Positions 1 to 11,899 of a DNA stretch of 34,611 nt are shown one piece after another. Each line of letters begins with the position of its first letter. Position 1 is the stretch's first letter. The stretch spans positions 273 through 34,883 of the forward strand of contig JBGAQA010000071.1 in assembly GCA_044220955.1 (NCBI GenBank), in the 5' to 3' direction. The stretch is from Sandaracinaceae bacterium (GTDB lineage: Bacteria; Myxococcota_A; Polyangia; Polyangiales; Sandaracinaceae). The position numbers were made by a program, and so were the translations under genes. The notes below the pieces were generated by a model, which was not told the DNA's origin, did no database searches, and was given only the letters and a program-made list of their open reading frames with translations.

Positions 1-216
1 GTCACCAGCTTCGGGAGCCTCGCGGGGACGCTCCGGATGGCGAGCCTCCTGCTCGACGCGGCGCAGCCCGACGCGTCACAGGACGAGGTCATCCTCGAGG
101 GCGAGCCCGGCAACCGCGGCGTCGCGCCGACGAGCCACGAGATCCGCTTGGTCCGCCCGGGCGGGCTCGACTGGAGCATGCTCGACGAGGACTTCCGGGC
201 CGGCCTGCCGGGCTGA
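1..216 (+). CDS. 3' end of a hypothetical protein (partial, runs off the window start)
   Basis: Frame 1 is open from base 1 to TGA at 214-216 (…LDAAQPDASQDEVILEGEPGNRGVAPTSHEIRLVRPGGLDWSMLDEDFRAGLPG*), with strong G/C third-position bias. Confidence 0.6.
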   Translation, partial: VTSFGSLAGTLRMASLLLDAAQPDASQDEVILEGEPGNRGVAPTSHEIRLVRPGGLDWSMLDEDFRAGLPG

Positions 217-281
217 CGAAGAGGTCAGACCACTTCGCCTCCGCGAAGCTCGTTTCGCACCGTGGCGAAAGGGCTTTCGCG

Positions 282-310
282 TTGATTGCGGGGGCGAGCG
301 ACGCTAACTC
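282..310 (+). promoter_or_regulatory. Putative sigma70-type promoter of the alpha-oxoamine synthase/GST genes
   Basis: TTGATT (282-287), 17-nt spacer, TAACTC (305-310), then 8 nt to ATG 319. No Shine-Dalgarno sequence. Confidence 0.4.
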
Positions 311-318
311 TCGACCCC

Positions 319-1581
319 ATGAGCTGGATCAAGGACAAGTCCCACGCGGAGCTCGCGCGCATCCGCGAGGCCCGTGACAAGCAGGTCTACCCGTACTTCC
401 GCCCCTTCGAGTCGGGCGGCCTGCACACGACGATCGGCGGCAAGCCCATCGTCAACTTCAGCTCGAACGACTACCTCGGCCTCACCAACCACCCGCTCGT
501 GAAGGAAGCGGCGCGCGCCGCGGTCGAGAAGTACGCGTGCGGTCTCTCGAGCTCGCGCGTACAGGCCACCACGGTCGAGCACGTCGAGCTCGAGGAGCGG
601 CTCGCGCACTGGTTCAAGATGCCCAAGTGCCTCGTCACCACGACGGGCTACCAGGCGATGGTGGGCACGATCATGTCGCTCGCCGACGTCGACACTACAC
701 TCGTGCTCGATCAGCTCAGCCACGCGTGCATCCTCGACGGCTCGTTCCTCGCGGCGGGCGTGCCGAAGAACGGGTCGGAGATCCGCTTCTTCAACCACAA
801 CTCCGCGCGCTCGCTCGAGCGCATCCTCAAGACGCGCGAGCGCAAGAACGCACTGGTGTGCATCGAGGGCGTCTACTCGCTCGACGGGGACCAGGCGACC
901 ATCAAGGAGATCCTCGAGGTCTGCGCGCGCTACGACGCCTGCGTCGTGCTCGACGACGCGCACGGCACCGGGACGCTCGGCACCCACGGCCGCGGCATCC
1001 TCGAGGAGCACGGCCTCGAGGGCACGTTCCCCAGCGAGAAGCTCGTGATCGTCTCCACGTTCAGCAAGACGTTCGGCGGGATCGGCGGGATCATCCTCGG
1101 CGACCCGGAGGTGATCGATCACATCAAGCACAAGGCGCGCTCGTTCGTGTTCTCGGCGACGTTGCCGGTGCCGATCGTGGCGGCCGCGAGCACGATCCTC
1201 ACGATGCTCGAGAAGGACGGCCCCGCGCTCGTGAGCGAGCTGAAGACGAAGGCCGAGTACATGCGCAAGGGCCTGAAGGCGGCGGGCTTCGACCTCGGTC
1301 ACTCGAACACCCACATCATGCCCGTCATGTGTCGTGACGAGCGCAAGGCGCTCTTCATGCACGTCGCGCTGCTCGAGAACGGCGTGATGATGGTGCCGAT
1401 CACGTACCCCGGCGTGAAGCAGGGCGAGGAGCGGCTGCGCGTGAACGTTACGCGCGGCCACAGCTACCAGGACATGGACCAGGCGCTCGAGCTGCTCTCG
1501 ATCTACGGCGAGGCGTTCTTCGTGCAGAGCGGCGAGGACATCGGGGCGATGGAGCCGGACGCGGCGAGCGCCACGGCGTGA
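319..1581 (+). CDS. PLP-dependent alpha-oxoamine synthase (class II aminotransferase; serine palmitoyltransferase/BioF/Kbl family), 420 aa
   Basis: Motifs NFSSNDYLGL, SHACILDG, EGVYSLDGD, DDAHGTG, TFSKTFG (PLP lysine) and RLRVNVT. ATG 319 preferred over TTG 286. Confidence 0.9.
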   Translation: MSWIKDKSHAELARIREARDKQVYPYFRPFESGGLHTTIGGKPIVNFSSNDYLGLTNHPLVKEAARAAVEKYACGLSSSRVQATTVEHVELEERLAHWFKMPKCLVTTTGYQAMVGTIMSLADVDTTLVLDQLSHACILDGSFLAAGVPKNGSEIRFFNHNSARSLERILKTRERKNALVCIEGVYSLDGDQATIKEILEVCARYDACVVLDDAHGTGTLGTHGRGILEEHGLEGTFPSEKLVIVSTFSKTFGGIGGIILGDPEVIDHIKHKARSFVFSATLPVPIVAAASTILTMLEKDGPALVSELKTKAEYMRKGLKAAGFDLGHSNTHIMPVMCRDERKALFMHVALLENGVMMVPITYPGVKQGEERLRVNVTRGHSYQDMDQALELLSIYGEAFFVQSGEDIGAMEPDAASATA

Positions 1582-2222
1582 CGCTGACTCTGCACTACTA
1601 CCCGGGCAACGCGAGCCTCACGCCCCACGTGCTGCTCGAGGAGCTGGGGGTGCCCTACGCGCTCGCGCTCGTGGACCGGAAGGCCAACGCGCAGAAGAGC
1701 CCGGAGTACCTGAAGCTGAACCCGGCCGGGCGCATCCCGGTGCTCGCCGACGGCGATCTCGTGATCTTCGAGACCGCCGCCATCGTGATGCACCTGCTCG
1801 ACACGCGCGGTGGCGATGGCCTCGCGCCCCAGATCGGCACGAGCGAGAGGGCGCGCTTCTACCAGTGGCTCATGTACCTCACGAACACCGTGCAGGCGGA
1901 GGCGCATCCGTACTTCTATCCCGACCAGCACGCGACCGACGCAGCGGGCGCGGCGCAGGTGAAGCAGAAGGCCGAGGAGCGCTGGACCGAGATGTTCGGC
2001 CTGCTCGATCGCGAGCTCGCGGCACGTGGCCCCTACCTCCTCGGCGAGCGCTTCAGCGCGCTCGACGTCTACCTCGCGATGCTCGTGCGCTGGGGCCGCT
2101 TCCTGAAGTCGCCGCCGCGCGACCTCCCGCACGTCGGCCGCCTCGCGCAGACGGTCGCGAACCGTCCGAGCTGGCAGCGCGCGATGGAGCAAGAGGGGCT
2201 CGCGGCGCCGTACTTCGGCTGA
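1578..2222 (+). CDS. Glutathione S-transferase family protein
   Basis: LKLNPAGRIPVL..DG..IFETAAI (GST-N) and YLLGERFSALDVYL (GST-C N-capping box). GTGA overlap with the upstream stop. Confidence 0.93.
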   Translation: MTLTLHYYPGNASLTPHVLLEELGVPYALALVDRKANAQKSPEYLKLNPAGRIPVLADGDLVIFETAAIVMHLLDTRGGDGLAPQIGTSERARFYQWLMYLTNTVQAEAHPYFYPDQHATDAAGAAQVKQKAEERWTEMFGLLDRELAARGPYLLGERFSALDVYLAMLVRWGRFLKSPPRDLPHVGRLAQTVANRPSWQRAMEQEGLAAPYFG

Positions 2223-2280
2223 GCGCGAGAGCGCTTCGTCGGATTGCGTGCGCGCCTGCTTGGCGCGATAGCTCCACGCG

Positions 2281-3633
2281 ATGAGCGCCTGGACCCCGAC
2301 GTCCTACCGATCCCACGTCGCGGCGCAGGCGGTCTCGTATCCCGACGTCGCCGCGCTCGATCGCGCCGTCGAGGAGCTCCGCGTCCTTCCGCCGCTCGTC
2401 ACGTCGTGGGAGATCGAGCGCCTCAAGTCCCTGCTCGCGGAGGCCCAGGAAGGGAAGCGCTTCGTGCTCCAGGGCGGGGACTGCGCAGAGACCTTCGCCG
2501 ACTGCCGCTCCACCATCCTGTCGGCGAAGCTGAAGATCCTCCTGCAGATGTCGCTCGTGCTCGTGCACGGCGCACAGCGGCCGGTCGTACGCATCGGGCG
2601 CTTCGCGGGGCAGTACGCCAAGCCGCGCAGCACTCCGACCGAGACGAGGGAGGGCGTCACGCTGCCGAACTACTTCGGCGATCTCGTGAACCGCGCCGAG
2701 TTCGCCGAGGGCGCGCGCACGCCCGACCCACGCCTGCTCCTCGCCGGCTACCACCATGCGGCGATGACGATGAACTTCATCCGCTCGCTCACGGTCGCGG
2801 GCTTCGCCGATCTGCACCACCCGGAGCACTGGGACCTCTCGTTCAGCCAGAGCGCGTCGCTCTCGCCGGCGCTGCGCGCCGAGTACCAGCGGGCGAGCGA
2901 GCAGCTGGCCGAGGGCCTGCGCTTCATGGAGGCGCTCGGCGAGACGAGCATCGACGAGCTGACGCGCGTCGAGATGTACGCGTCGCACGAGGGGCTGCAC
3001 CTGCCCTACGAGGCGGCGCAGACGCGGCGCGTACCGCGGCGCTCGGGCTACTACTGCCTGAGCACGCACCTGCCCTGGATCGGCGAGCGCACGCGCGGCC
3101 TCGACGGCGCGCACGTGGAGCTGTTCCGGGGTGTCCAGAACCCCATCGGCGTCAAGCTCGGCCCGAGCGTGGCACCGGACGAGGTGCTCGCGCTGGCCGA
3201 GCGGCTCAATCCGTCCGACGAGCCGGGCAAGCTGGTCCTGATCACGCGGATGGGCGCGGCGAGGGTCGAGCAAGTTCTCCCGCCGATCCTCGCGGCCGTG
3301 CGCGAGAGCGGACGGCGCGTGCTCTGGATCTGCGATCCGATGCACGGAAACACGCGGATGGCCGGCTCCGGGCGCAAGACGCGGGCGTTCGACGACATCC
3401 TCGCCGAGCTCGAGCGCACCGCGGAGGCGCACCGCAAGGAAGGCACGCTCCTCGGCGGCGTGCACTTCGAGCTCACGGGCGAGGACGTGACCGAGTGCAC
3501 GGGCGGCGCCGACGCGCTGACCGAGGCGGATCTCGAGACGGCGTACGAGACGGCGTGCGATCCGCGGCTCAACTACCGCCAGTCGCTGGAGATGGCGTTC
3601 CTGCTCGCGCGCACGATCCGGCCGAGGCGCTGA
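2281..3633 (+). CDS. 3-deoxy-7-phosphoheptulonate (DAHP) synthase, class II
   Basis: LQGGDCAETF, GRFAGQYAKPRS, SHEGLHLPYE, WIGERTR, NPIGVKLGP, CDPMHGNT, GGVHFELTG, CDPRLN. Confidence 0.96.
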   Translation: MSAWTPTSYRSHVAAQAVSYPDVAALDRAVEELRVLPPLVTSWEIERLKSLLAEAQEGKRFVLQGGDCAETFADCRSTILSAKLKILLQMSLVLVHGAQRPVVRIGRFAGQYAKPRSTPTETREGVTLPNYFGDLVNRAEFAEGARTPDPRLLLAGYHHAAMTMNFIRSLTVAGFADLHHPEHWDLSFSQSASLSPALRAEYQRASEQLAEGLRFMEALGETSIDELTRVEMYASHEGLHLPYEAAQTRRVPRRSGYYCLSTHLPWIGERTRGLDGAHVELFRGVQNPIGVKLGPSVAPDEVLALAERLNPSDEPGKLVLITRMGAARVEQVLPPILAAVRESGRRVLWICDPMHGNTRMAGSGRKTRAFDDILAELERTAEAHRKEGTLLGGVHFELTGEDVTECTGGADALTEADLETAYETACDPRLNYRQSLEMAFLLARTIRPRR

Positions 3634-3634
3634 C

Positions 3635-4834
3635 GTGCGCGCGGCCCTGGCGCTCGTGGTGGCTGCGACGCTGGGTCTTGGGGCGGGCGGCTGCTACCTC
3701 GCGCACGAGCGAGAGGCATCGTGTGCGGCGTCCGGTCCGGCTGCTCCGTGCGCGCGCTGGGAGGCCGCCGGTCCCTCGGCGCTCATCGCGGGTCCCACGC
3801 CGATCGACGAGGCCCGGCAGCTCACGTCGATCGTGCCGAGCGGCTGCGGCCTGGTCGTCGCGTGGTACCGGCTCTCGGGGTCGCCGTTCCCGGACACGCT
3901 GTCGTTCGAGACGCGGGAGATCGACTGGAGCGGCGCGCCGTCCGGTGACGTCCACGCACACCCCGCGCTCACGGTGACGTCGACCGGCTCGGGGAACATG
4001 GAGCTCGCGGAGCGCGGGGGAGCGCTCGCCGCCATCGTGAGCACCTCCCCGGGCGGATGCCGGTTCGTCCCGCTCGACGCGAGCGGCGCGGATCGAGGAG
4101 CACCGGTCACGGTCTCGGTCCCCTGGTGTACCGCGCTCCAGCCGACCGACGAAGGGTACTCGCTGCTCGCGAGCGCAGCGGACGGCAGAACCCCCGGCGT
4201 GCTCGTGCGCATGGACCCGGCAGGCGCCGCGATCGCGATGACCACCCTCGACGTGCCCCCCGGCCGGGTGCAGTGGTCGCGCGCGCGGAGGGACGACGGC
4301 TCGTTCATCCTCTACACCTTCAGCGAGGATCCGATCACGATCGTCTACTCGGGCTGGCTCCAGCAGTTCGACGCGCGCGGTGTCGCGCTCGCGCCGGAGG
4401 TGGAGCTCGGCGTGAACGCCGTGCCCGTGCAGCTCGCGCCGACGCCCGGCGGCGCGGTGTCGGCCTGGGAGACGGCCACCTCGGGAGGCCTGCCGCTCCA
4501 GACCCGCGCGATCCACGCGGACGCGCGCCCGGCCGGGCCCATCCGCGATCTGCCGGCGCGCGGCGCGCAGTACGGGCTCGTCCTCACCTCGACGCCCGAC
4601 GGTGGCGCGCTCGCGATGTGGCTGGAGGACCACTTCGACGAGCCGCCCGACTGGCGCCTGCTCGTCCAGGCGCTCGGCCCGGACGCGGCGCCGCGCGGCG
4701 AGCCCTCGCGCGTCCTCGAGGGTGTGAACGCGAGCGGGATGCGCGTGCTCGTCGAAGGCTCCGGCGAGCGCGCGCTGGTGGTCTACGACGACGGGGGTCC
4801 GCGGGCGCTCCCGCTGCGCTGCGCTGGCCCTTGA
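3635..4834 (+). CDS. Hypothetical lipoprotein (beta-rich, possibly propeller-like)
   Basis: GTG 1 nt after the DAHP synthase stop. Hydrophobic signal ending LGAGG-C; recurring 'xxLDxxG' strand ends; codon bias. Confidence 0.7.
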   Translation: MRAALALVVAATLGLGAGGCYLAHEREASCAASGPAAPCARWEAAGPSALIAGPTPIDEARQLTSIVPSGCGLVVAWYRLSGSPFPDTLSFETREIDWSGAPSGDVHAHPALTVTSTGSGNMELAERGGALAAIVSTSPGGCRFVPLDASGADRGAPVTVSVPWCTALQPTDEGYSLLASAADGRTPGVLVRMDPAGAAIAMTTLDVPPGRVQWSRARRDDGSFILYTFSEDPITIVYSGWLQQFDARGVALAPEVELGVNAVPVQLAPTPGGAVSAWETATSGGLPLQTRAIHADARPAGPIRDLPARGAQYGLVLTSTPDGGALAMWLEDHFDEPPDWRLLVQALGPDAAPRGEPSRVLEGVNASGMRVLVEGSGERALVVYDDGGPRALPLRCAGP

Positions 4835-4859
4835 CGGCCTCGCGCGTGCGACGCAGCGT
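4831..4859 (+). promoter_or_regulatory. Putative leaderless sigma70 promoter of the cupin gene
   Basis: TTGACG (4831-4836), 17 nt, CAGCGT (4854-4859), 6 nt, ATG 4866. Confidence 0.45.
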
Positions 4860-4865
4860 CCGCGC

Positions 4866-5339
4866 ATGTCGAACGCGCGCCCGATCCTGAACATCGCGGA
4901 TCTCGAGTACACCAGCCTGAAGAACGGCGACCGCTTCGAGGCCCGCATGGGGATGATCGGCCCGAAGGTCGGCGCGCAGAAGCTCGGCTACAACGTGACC
5001 GTCGTCCCGCCCGGCAAGCGTGCGTTCCCGTTCCACAGCCACCGCGCGAACGAGGAGATGTTCTTCGTGCTCGAGGGCGAGGGCGAGATCCGGATCGGCG
5101 CGGAGCGCCACCCGCTACGCCGCGGCGACGTCGTCGCGTGCCCGGCGGGCGGGCCGGCCACCGCGCACCAGATCCTGAACACGTCGAGCGCCGAGCTGCG
5201 CTACCTCGCGGTCAGCACGAAGATCAGCCCCGAGCTCGCGGAGTACCCCGACTCGGGCAAGTTCGGCGTGCTCGCCGATGGCTTCCGCTTCGTCGGCAAG
5301 CCCGATGGGTCGCTCGACTACTACGAGGGCAACGAGTAA
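4866..5339 (+). CDS. Cupin domain protein
   Basis: PPGKRAFPFHSHRANEEMFFVLEGEG and GDVVACPAGG..AHQILN (cupin motifs 1 and 2, H-x-H/E/H); EYPDSGK tail. Confidence 0.92.
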   Translation: MSNARPILNIADLEYTSLKNGDRFEARMGMIGPKVGAQKLGYNVTVVPPGKRAFPFHSHRANEEMFFVLEGEGEIRIGAERHPLRRGDVVACPAGGPATAHQILNTSSAELRYLAVSTKISPELAEYPDSGKFGVLADGFRFVGKPDGSLDYYEGNE

Positions 5340-5353
5340 CGCGCGGGCACGCG

Positions 5354-5943
5354 TCAGCGACAGCGGATCACGCTGGAGCCCGGCATGACGTCGGCCGGGC
5401 AGTCGCCCATGAGCAGGTTGCAGGTGAAGAGCGTCTCGCACGTCCCCGCCGACCAGGCGACGACGCCGCTGCTGCATGCGATCGCCCCGAGCGGGATCCG
5501 GCAGCGCTGCGCCATCCCACCGCCTTCGGTCTCGCTGAACACGTCGACGATGCAGTCTCCGCCCTCGACGCCGCAGATGCGCGCCTGATTGCTGCCGAGC
5601 GGCTCGAACGTCCCGCCCGCGACGGCCGCGCAGGCCAGCGCGCCCGTGCAGGTGCACCCGGGATCGCTCCAGCCGCACTCCATCCAGGACGTGTAGGTAA
5701 TCGAGCCCGCGTCCGCCGCGCCCGTGTCCGTGGCGCCGGCGTCCACCGTCGCGGCGTCCGCTGCGCCGGCGTCCACAGGGCCGGCGTCCGCGCCCGCGTC
5801 CGCGCCCGCGTCCGCCGTGGCCGCGTCCGCCGTGGCCGCGTCACGCGCGGCCGCGTCGTCGAGGGCCGGGCTGGCGGCGCACGAGCACCCGTGGAGCGCG
5901 ACGAGCGCGCTGCCGAGCGCCGCGATCCGGAGGCCCCCGGTCG

Positions 5944-5947
<4 letters not shown>
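5354..5947 (-). CDS. Small Cys-rich lipoprotein with a DAG/DAA-repeat linker
   Basis: Signal ending LHG-CSC, low-complexity DAAT/DAG linker, Cys-rich C-terminal domain. GTG start overlaps the radical SAM stop (GTGA). Confidence 0.7.
5705..5860 (-). repeat. Imperfect 12/15-bp coding tandem repeats (DAAT/DAG linker)
   Basis: On + strand, GCGTCCGCGCCC x2 and GCGTCCGCCGTGGCC x2 plus degenerate copies; encodes DAAARDAATADAATADAGADAGADAGPVDAG…. Confidence 0.75.
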
Positions 5948-8769
<2,822 letters not shown>

Positions 8770-8904
8770 GGACCGACCAATATAGCGGGATGCCGGCCGC
8801 ACGCTCCGATCTCTCGCGCGTCGCGGAAAGGGCGCGGCGCCCGCGCGGGCATCGCGCGGCGCGCCATCCGGGCGCGTGCGTGGGCGGGGACGTGCGACGT
8901 CGAG

Positions 8905-9714
8905 CTACGGACTCGTGACGGCTGGGCGCAGCTGCTCGGCGAAGAACGAGAGGACGCGATCGCGGGCTGCGCGGGTCGGGTGCCCTTCGCGGTCCACGAG
9001 GTGATCGGTGACCACGGAGTGCGCCGCGCGCGGGATCCCGTGCGGGTTGCCCGGCGCGGAGTCGATCTCGATCCCCTCGAACGCGGGACCGAGCTCATCT
9101 CTCAGGCGCGCGAAGCGCTCGCCCGGCACGAACCGGTCGCGTGTGAAGCGCATCCCGAGCACGCGCAGGCCCTCGGCGGCGCAGCGGCGCCGGATCGTCA
9201 CGAGCGCCTCGTCGCTCACGTGCAGGCCGCGCCGCTGCTCGCGCGTGACGCCCGACGGCAGAGAGGGCTGGCTCAGCACGGGCGCCATCATGGCCGGGTC
9301 CACCGCCATCGCGAGCGCGAAGTTCCCCGTGATGCACATACCGATCGCGCCGACGCCCGGCCCCCCGAGCTCGGCGTGCAGCTCCCGCGCGAGCGCGCGC
9401 AGCCAGTCCACGATCGGGCTCGAGCGCCGAGCCGCGAAGACGTGGAACTCGCGGCTCACGCAGGCGCGCGCGATCTGCGCCAGCTCGTAGCCCTTGGTCC
9501 GCGGGCGCCCGTCCTGCCCGAACATCGAGGGCATCAGCACCGTGAACCCGGCATCGGCGACGGAGTCGGCGAAGCGGGCGACGGACGGGGTGATGCCGGG
9601 GATCTCGTGCATCACGATCACGCCCGGTCCCGCGCCGCGCCGGTAGACGCGGTGCTCCATGCCGTCGTGCGCGAAGGGGCGGTGGGTCCAGCCGTCCAAG
9701 AGGGGCGTCGTCAC
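8905..9714 (-). CDS. Dienelactone hydrolase family protein, 269 aa
   Basis: C-terminal part of ORF 8905..10935. VIVMHEIPG, GAIGMCITG (Cys nucleophile), TRDRFVP (Asp), AHSV (His). GTG 9714. Confidence 0.88.
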   Translation of the reverse strand: MTTPLLDGWTHRPFAHDGMEHRVYRRGAGPGVIVMHEIPGITPSVARFADSVADAGFTVLMPSMFGQDGRPRTKGYELAQIARACVSREFHVFAARRSSPIVDWLRALARELHAELGGPGVGAIGMCITGNFALAMAVDPAMMAPVLSQPSLPSGVTREQRRGLHVSDEALVTIRRRCAAEGLRVLGMRFTRDRFVPGERFARLRDELGPAFEGIEIDSAPGNPHGIPRAAHSVVTDHLVDREGHPTRAARDRVLSFFAEQLRPAVTSP

Positions 9715-9737
9715 CGCGCGAGTGTACGCTGTGTGTC
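9715..9737. promoter_or_regulatory. Putative bidirectional leaderless promoter (23-bp intergenic gap)
   Basis: + strand TACGCT 9725-9730, 7 nt before GTG 9738; - strand TACACT 9726..9721, 6 nt before GTG 9714. The two hexamers share the TA at 9725-9726. Confidence 0.65.
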
Positions 9738-10352
9738 GTGGCGGCCCGTATCGCGATCGTGCTCGGCGCGCTCGGCGCGCTCTTCGGTGCGCTCTGGCTG
9801 GAGCTCCCCGTGGTGCGGGGCTGGATGCTGCCCGAGGCGAGCACGGCCTCGGGACTGCTCTGGGTGATCGGGCCGCCGCGCGCGCTGCGCTTCGGAGCCT
9901 GCGCCGTGCTCGCCGCACTGACGCTCCCGCTGCTCTTGCGACCGCTCGGGCGGCGGTGGGCCGCGGAGGACCAGCGGGCTCGGCCGGCGCCCGCCGTCGA
10001 GCGGCACGTCGGGCGGACGGCGCTGCTGATCCGGGGCGGGCTGCTCTTCGTGGTGTACGCCGTCTGCGGCGCTTTCTACTTCGTGTCGCACGGGGAGGTG
10101 CGGGACGGCTCCATCGCCTTCCATTCCGTGCTCGGGACGCGGGCGTACGGCTACGCGCAGATCGTGTCGCTCGAGCACCAGGCGCCCGAGGGCGGGCAGC
10201 CGGACCGCTACGCGATTCGATTCGACGACGAGCGCTGGGGCTACTTCGATGCCGACTGCGAGGGTGTCGACGATGGCGCGGCGCGCGCGATCGCTGCCCA
10301 CGTCGCGCGCCGCGCGGGCCAGGTCTGGCTCGAGACGAGCGGCAACCGATGA
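9738..10352 (+). CDS. Hypothetical membrane protein (about 3 TM segments plus a soluble C-terminal domain)
   Basis: Hydrophobic stretches IAIVLGALGALFGALWL, FGACAVLAALTLPLLL and GGLLFVVYAVCGAFYFV; codon bias. Confidence 0.7.
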   Translation: MAARIAIVLGALGALFGALWLELPVVRGWMLPEASTASGLLWVIGPPRALRFGACAVLAALTLPLLLRPLGRRWAAEDQRARPAPAVERHVGRTALLIRGGLLFVVYAVCGAFYFVSHGEVRDGSIAFHSVLGTRAYGYAQIVSLEHQAPEGGQPDRYAIRFDDERWGYFDADCEGVDDGAARAIAAHVARRAGQVWLETSGNR

Positions 10353-10413
10353 GCGCTCGCTCCCTCGAGGGGGGGCACTTCCGAGCCTCCGGAGGACGCG
10401 CTATGGAGCGCCG

Positions 10414-11061
10414 ATGAAGCTCGCGGTTCTCGTGTCCGGAGCGGGATCGAACCTGCGCGCGATCGCGAGCGCGATCGACGCCGGCTCGTGCGCAGCCGCC
10501 ATCGTGCTCGTGGCCTCGGACAAGGAAGGCGCTCCGGCGCTCGGCTTCGCGGGCGAGCGCGGCATCCCGACCGCCGTCGTGAAGCCGAAGGACTACCCGG
10601 ACCGTGCGGCCTGGGACGTCGCGCTCGCCGAGCGCGTCGCCGCTTCGTCCCCGGACCTCGTCGTGCTCGCCGGCTTCATGCGCATCGTCGGTGCGCCGAT
10701 CCTCGCGCGCTTCCCGCACCGGATCGTGAACGTACACCCGGCGCTCTTGCCGTCGTTTCCGGGCACCGACGGGCCGGCGCAGGCCATCCTCAAGGGCGTG
10801 CGCATCGCGGGCTGCACCGTCCACCTCGTGGACGCCGGCGTCGACACCGGGCCGATCCTGGCGCAGGCCGCCGTCCCCGTGCTTCCCGGAGACGACGCGC
10901 ACGCACTCCACGCACGCATCCAGGTCCACGAGCACCGGCTCCTGCCCGCCGTGATCGACGCGATCGCGCGAGGTGCCATCGTCGTCGGTGAGCGCCCCAC
11001 CTTCCGTGATGCCCCCTTCACGCCCGCCGACGCGCTCGTCTCGCCGTCGATCGAGCGCTGA
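10414..11061 (+). CDS. purN: Phosphoribosylglycinamide formyltransferase
   Basis: MKLAVLVSGAGSNL, VLAGFMRI, NVHPALLPSFPG, GCTVHLVDAGVDTGPILAQ, EHRL. GGAG upstream of ATG 10414. Confidence 0.97.
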   Translation: MKLAVLVSGAGSNLRAIASAIDAGSCAAAIVLVASDKEGAPALGFAGERGIPTAVVKPKDYPDRAAWDVALAERVAASSPDLVVLAGFMRIVGAPILARFPHRIVNVHPALLPSFPGTDGPAQAILKGVRIAGCTVHLVDAGVDTGPILAQAAVPVLPGDDAHALHARIQVHEHRLLPAVIDAIARGAIVVGERPTFRDAPFTPADALVSPSIER

Positions 11062-11067
11062 GCCAGC

Positions 11068-11880
11068 TCAGCCCTGGCGCAGGTTCCCGAGCCAGGGCTC
11101 GAGGTGCGCGAGGGACGCGGCGGGCTGCTCCCACGCGGAGAGGTGCCCGGCCCGCGCGATGCGCCGCAGGCTCGCGTCCGGGATCGCTCGCGCGATCTCT
11201 TCCGAGCGAGGCAGCGGCGTGGCCACGTCTTGGTCCCCGCAGACGACGAGCGTGGGCACGCGGATCTGCGGCAGGCGCGGCCTCAGGTCGTCGCCGCGGA
11301 AGATCACCGCGTCGATCGCGTGCCCCGAGGAGGCCGGATCCATCGAGGCGACGCGCTCCCGAAACCGCCGAACCAGGGCCGGCTGCTCGGCGCGCGTCGC
11401 TCTCGAGAGGTAGATCGGCTCGATCCGATCGAGCAGGAAGGGCAGGGCGCCGAAGCGGCGCGCGATCGCCGTCATCGCGAGGTACGAGGGCAGCTTGCGG
11501 CGCGACTCGGCCTTGGCGCTGGTGTCGAAGAGCGCGAGCCCGGCCAGGCGCCCGGGAGATCGCAGCGCGAGCCGCATGCCGACCATCCCACCCCACGAGA
11601 GGCCGATCCAGACGCAGCGGTCGATCGCGAGCTCGTCGAGCACCGTGAACGCGGCGTCGACGGAATCGTCCATCGTGTACGGGGCGCGCGTCGGGCTGCT
11701 GCGGCCGTGCCCGGGCGCATCGACGTTCACGATGCGGTAGCGGGCCTCGAGCCCCGCGATGACGGGCGCCCACATGCCGCCGTCGCAGAGCAGCGAGTGC
11801 CAGAGGACGAGCGTCGGGCCGCTCGAGGTCCCGCGCTGCTCCACGAACAGGCGGCCGCACTTCTTCGTCTCGATCAACAT
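11068..11880 (-). CDS. Alpha/beta hydrolase (3-oxoadipate enol-lactonase-like)
   Basis: LVLWHSL, DAPGHGRS, GLSWGG nucleophile elbow, GDQD, AGHL. Confidence 0.9.
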   Translation of the reverse strand: MLIETKKCGRLFVEQRGTSSGPTLVLWHSLLCDGGMWAPVIAGLEARYRIVNVDAPGHGRSSPTRAPYTMDDSVDAAFTVLDELAIDRCVWIGLSWGGMVGMRLALRSPGRLAGLALFDTSAKAESRRKLPSYLAMTAIARRFGALPFLLDRIEPIYLSRATRAEQPALVRRFRERVASMDPASSGHAIDAVIFRGDDLRPRLPQIRVPTLVVCGDQDVATPLPRSEEIARAIPDASLRRIARAGHLSAWEQPAASLAHLEPWLGNLRQG

Positions 11881-11899
11881 CGCCCGGTCCGGCCCTTTC

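Noticed and set aside
319..5339. Alpha-oxoamine synthase + GST + DAHP synthase II + cupin as a secondary-metabolite cluster
   Set aside because: No PKS/NRPS/ACP, anthranilate or phenazine genes or transporters. Separate promoter-like elements suggest independent units, and class II DAHP synthases are common in myxobacteria.
5705..5860. Tandem repeats as a CRISPR array or contingency locus
   Set aside because: Short, in-frame, degenerate repeats without unique spacers or cas genes; they encode a low-complexity linker.
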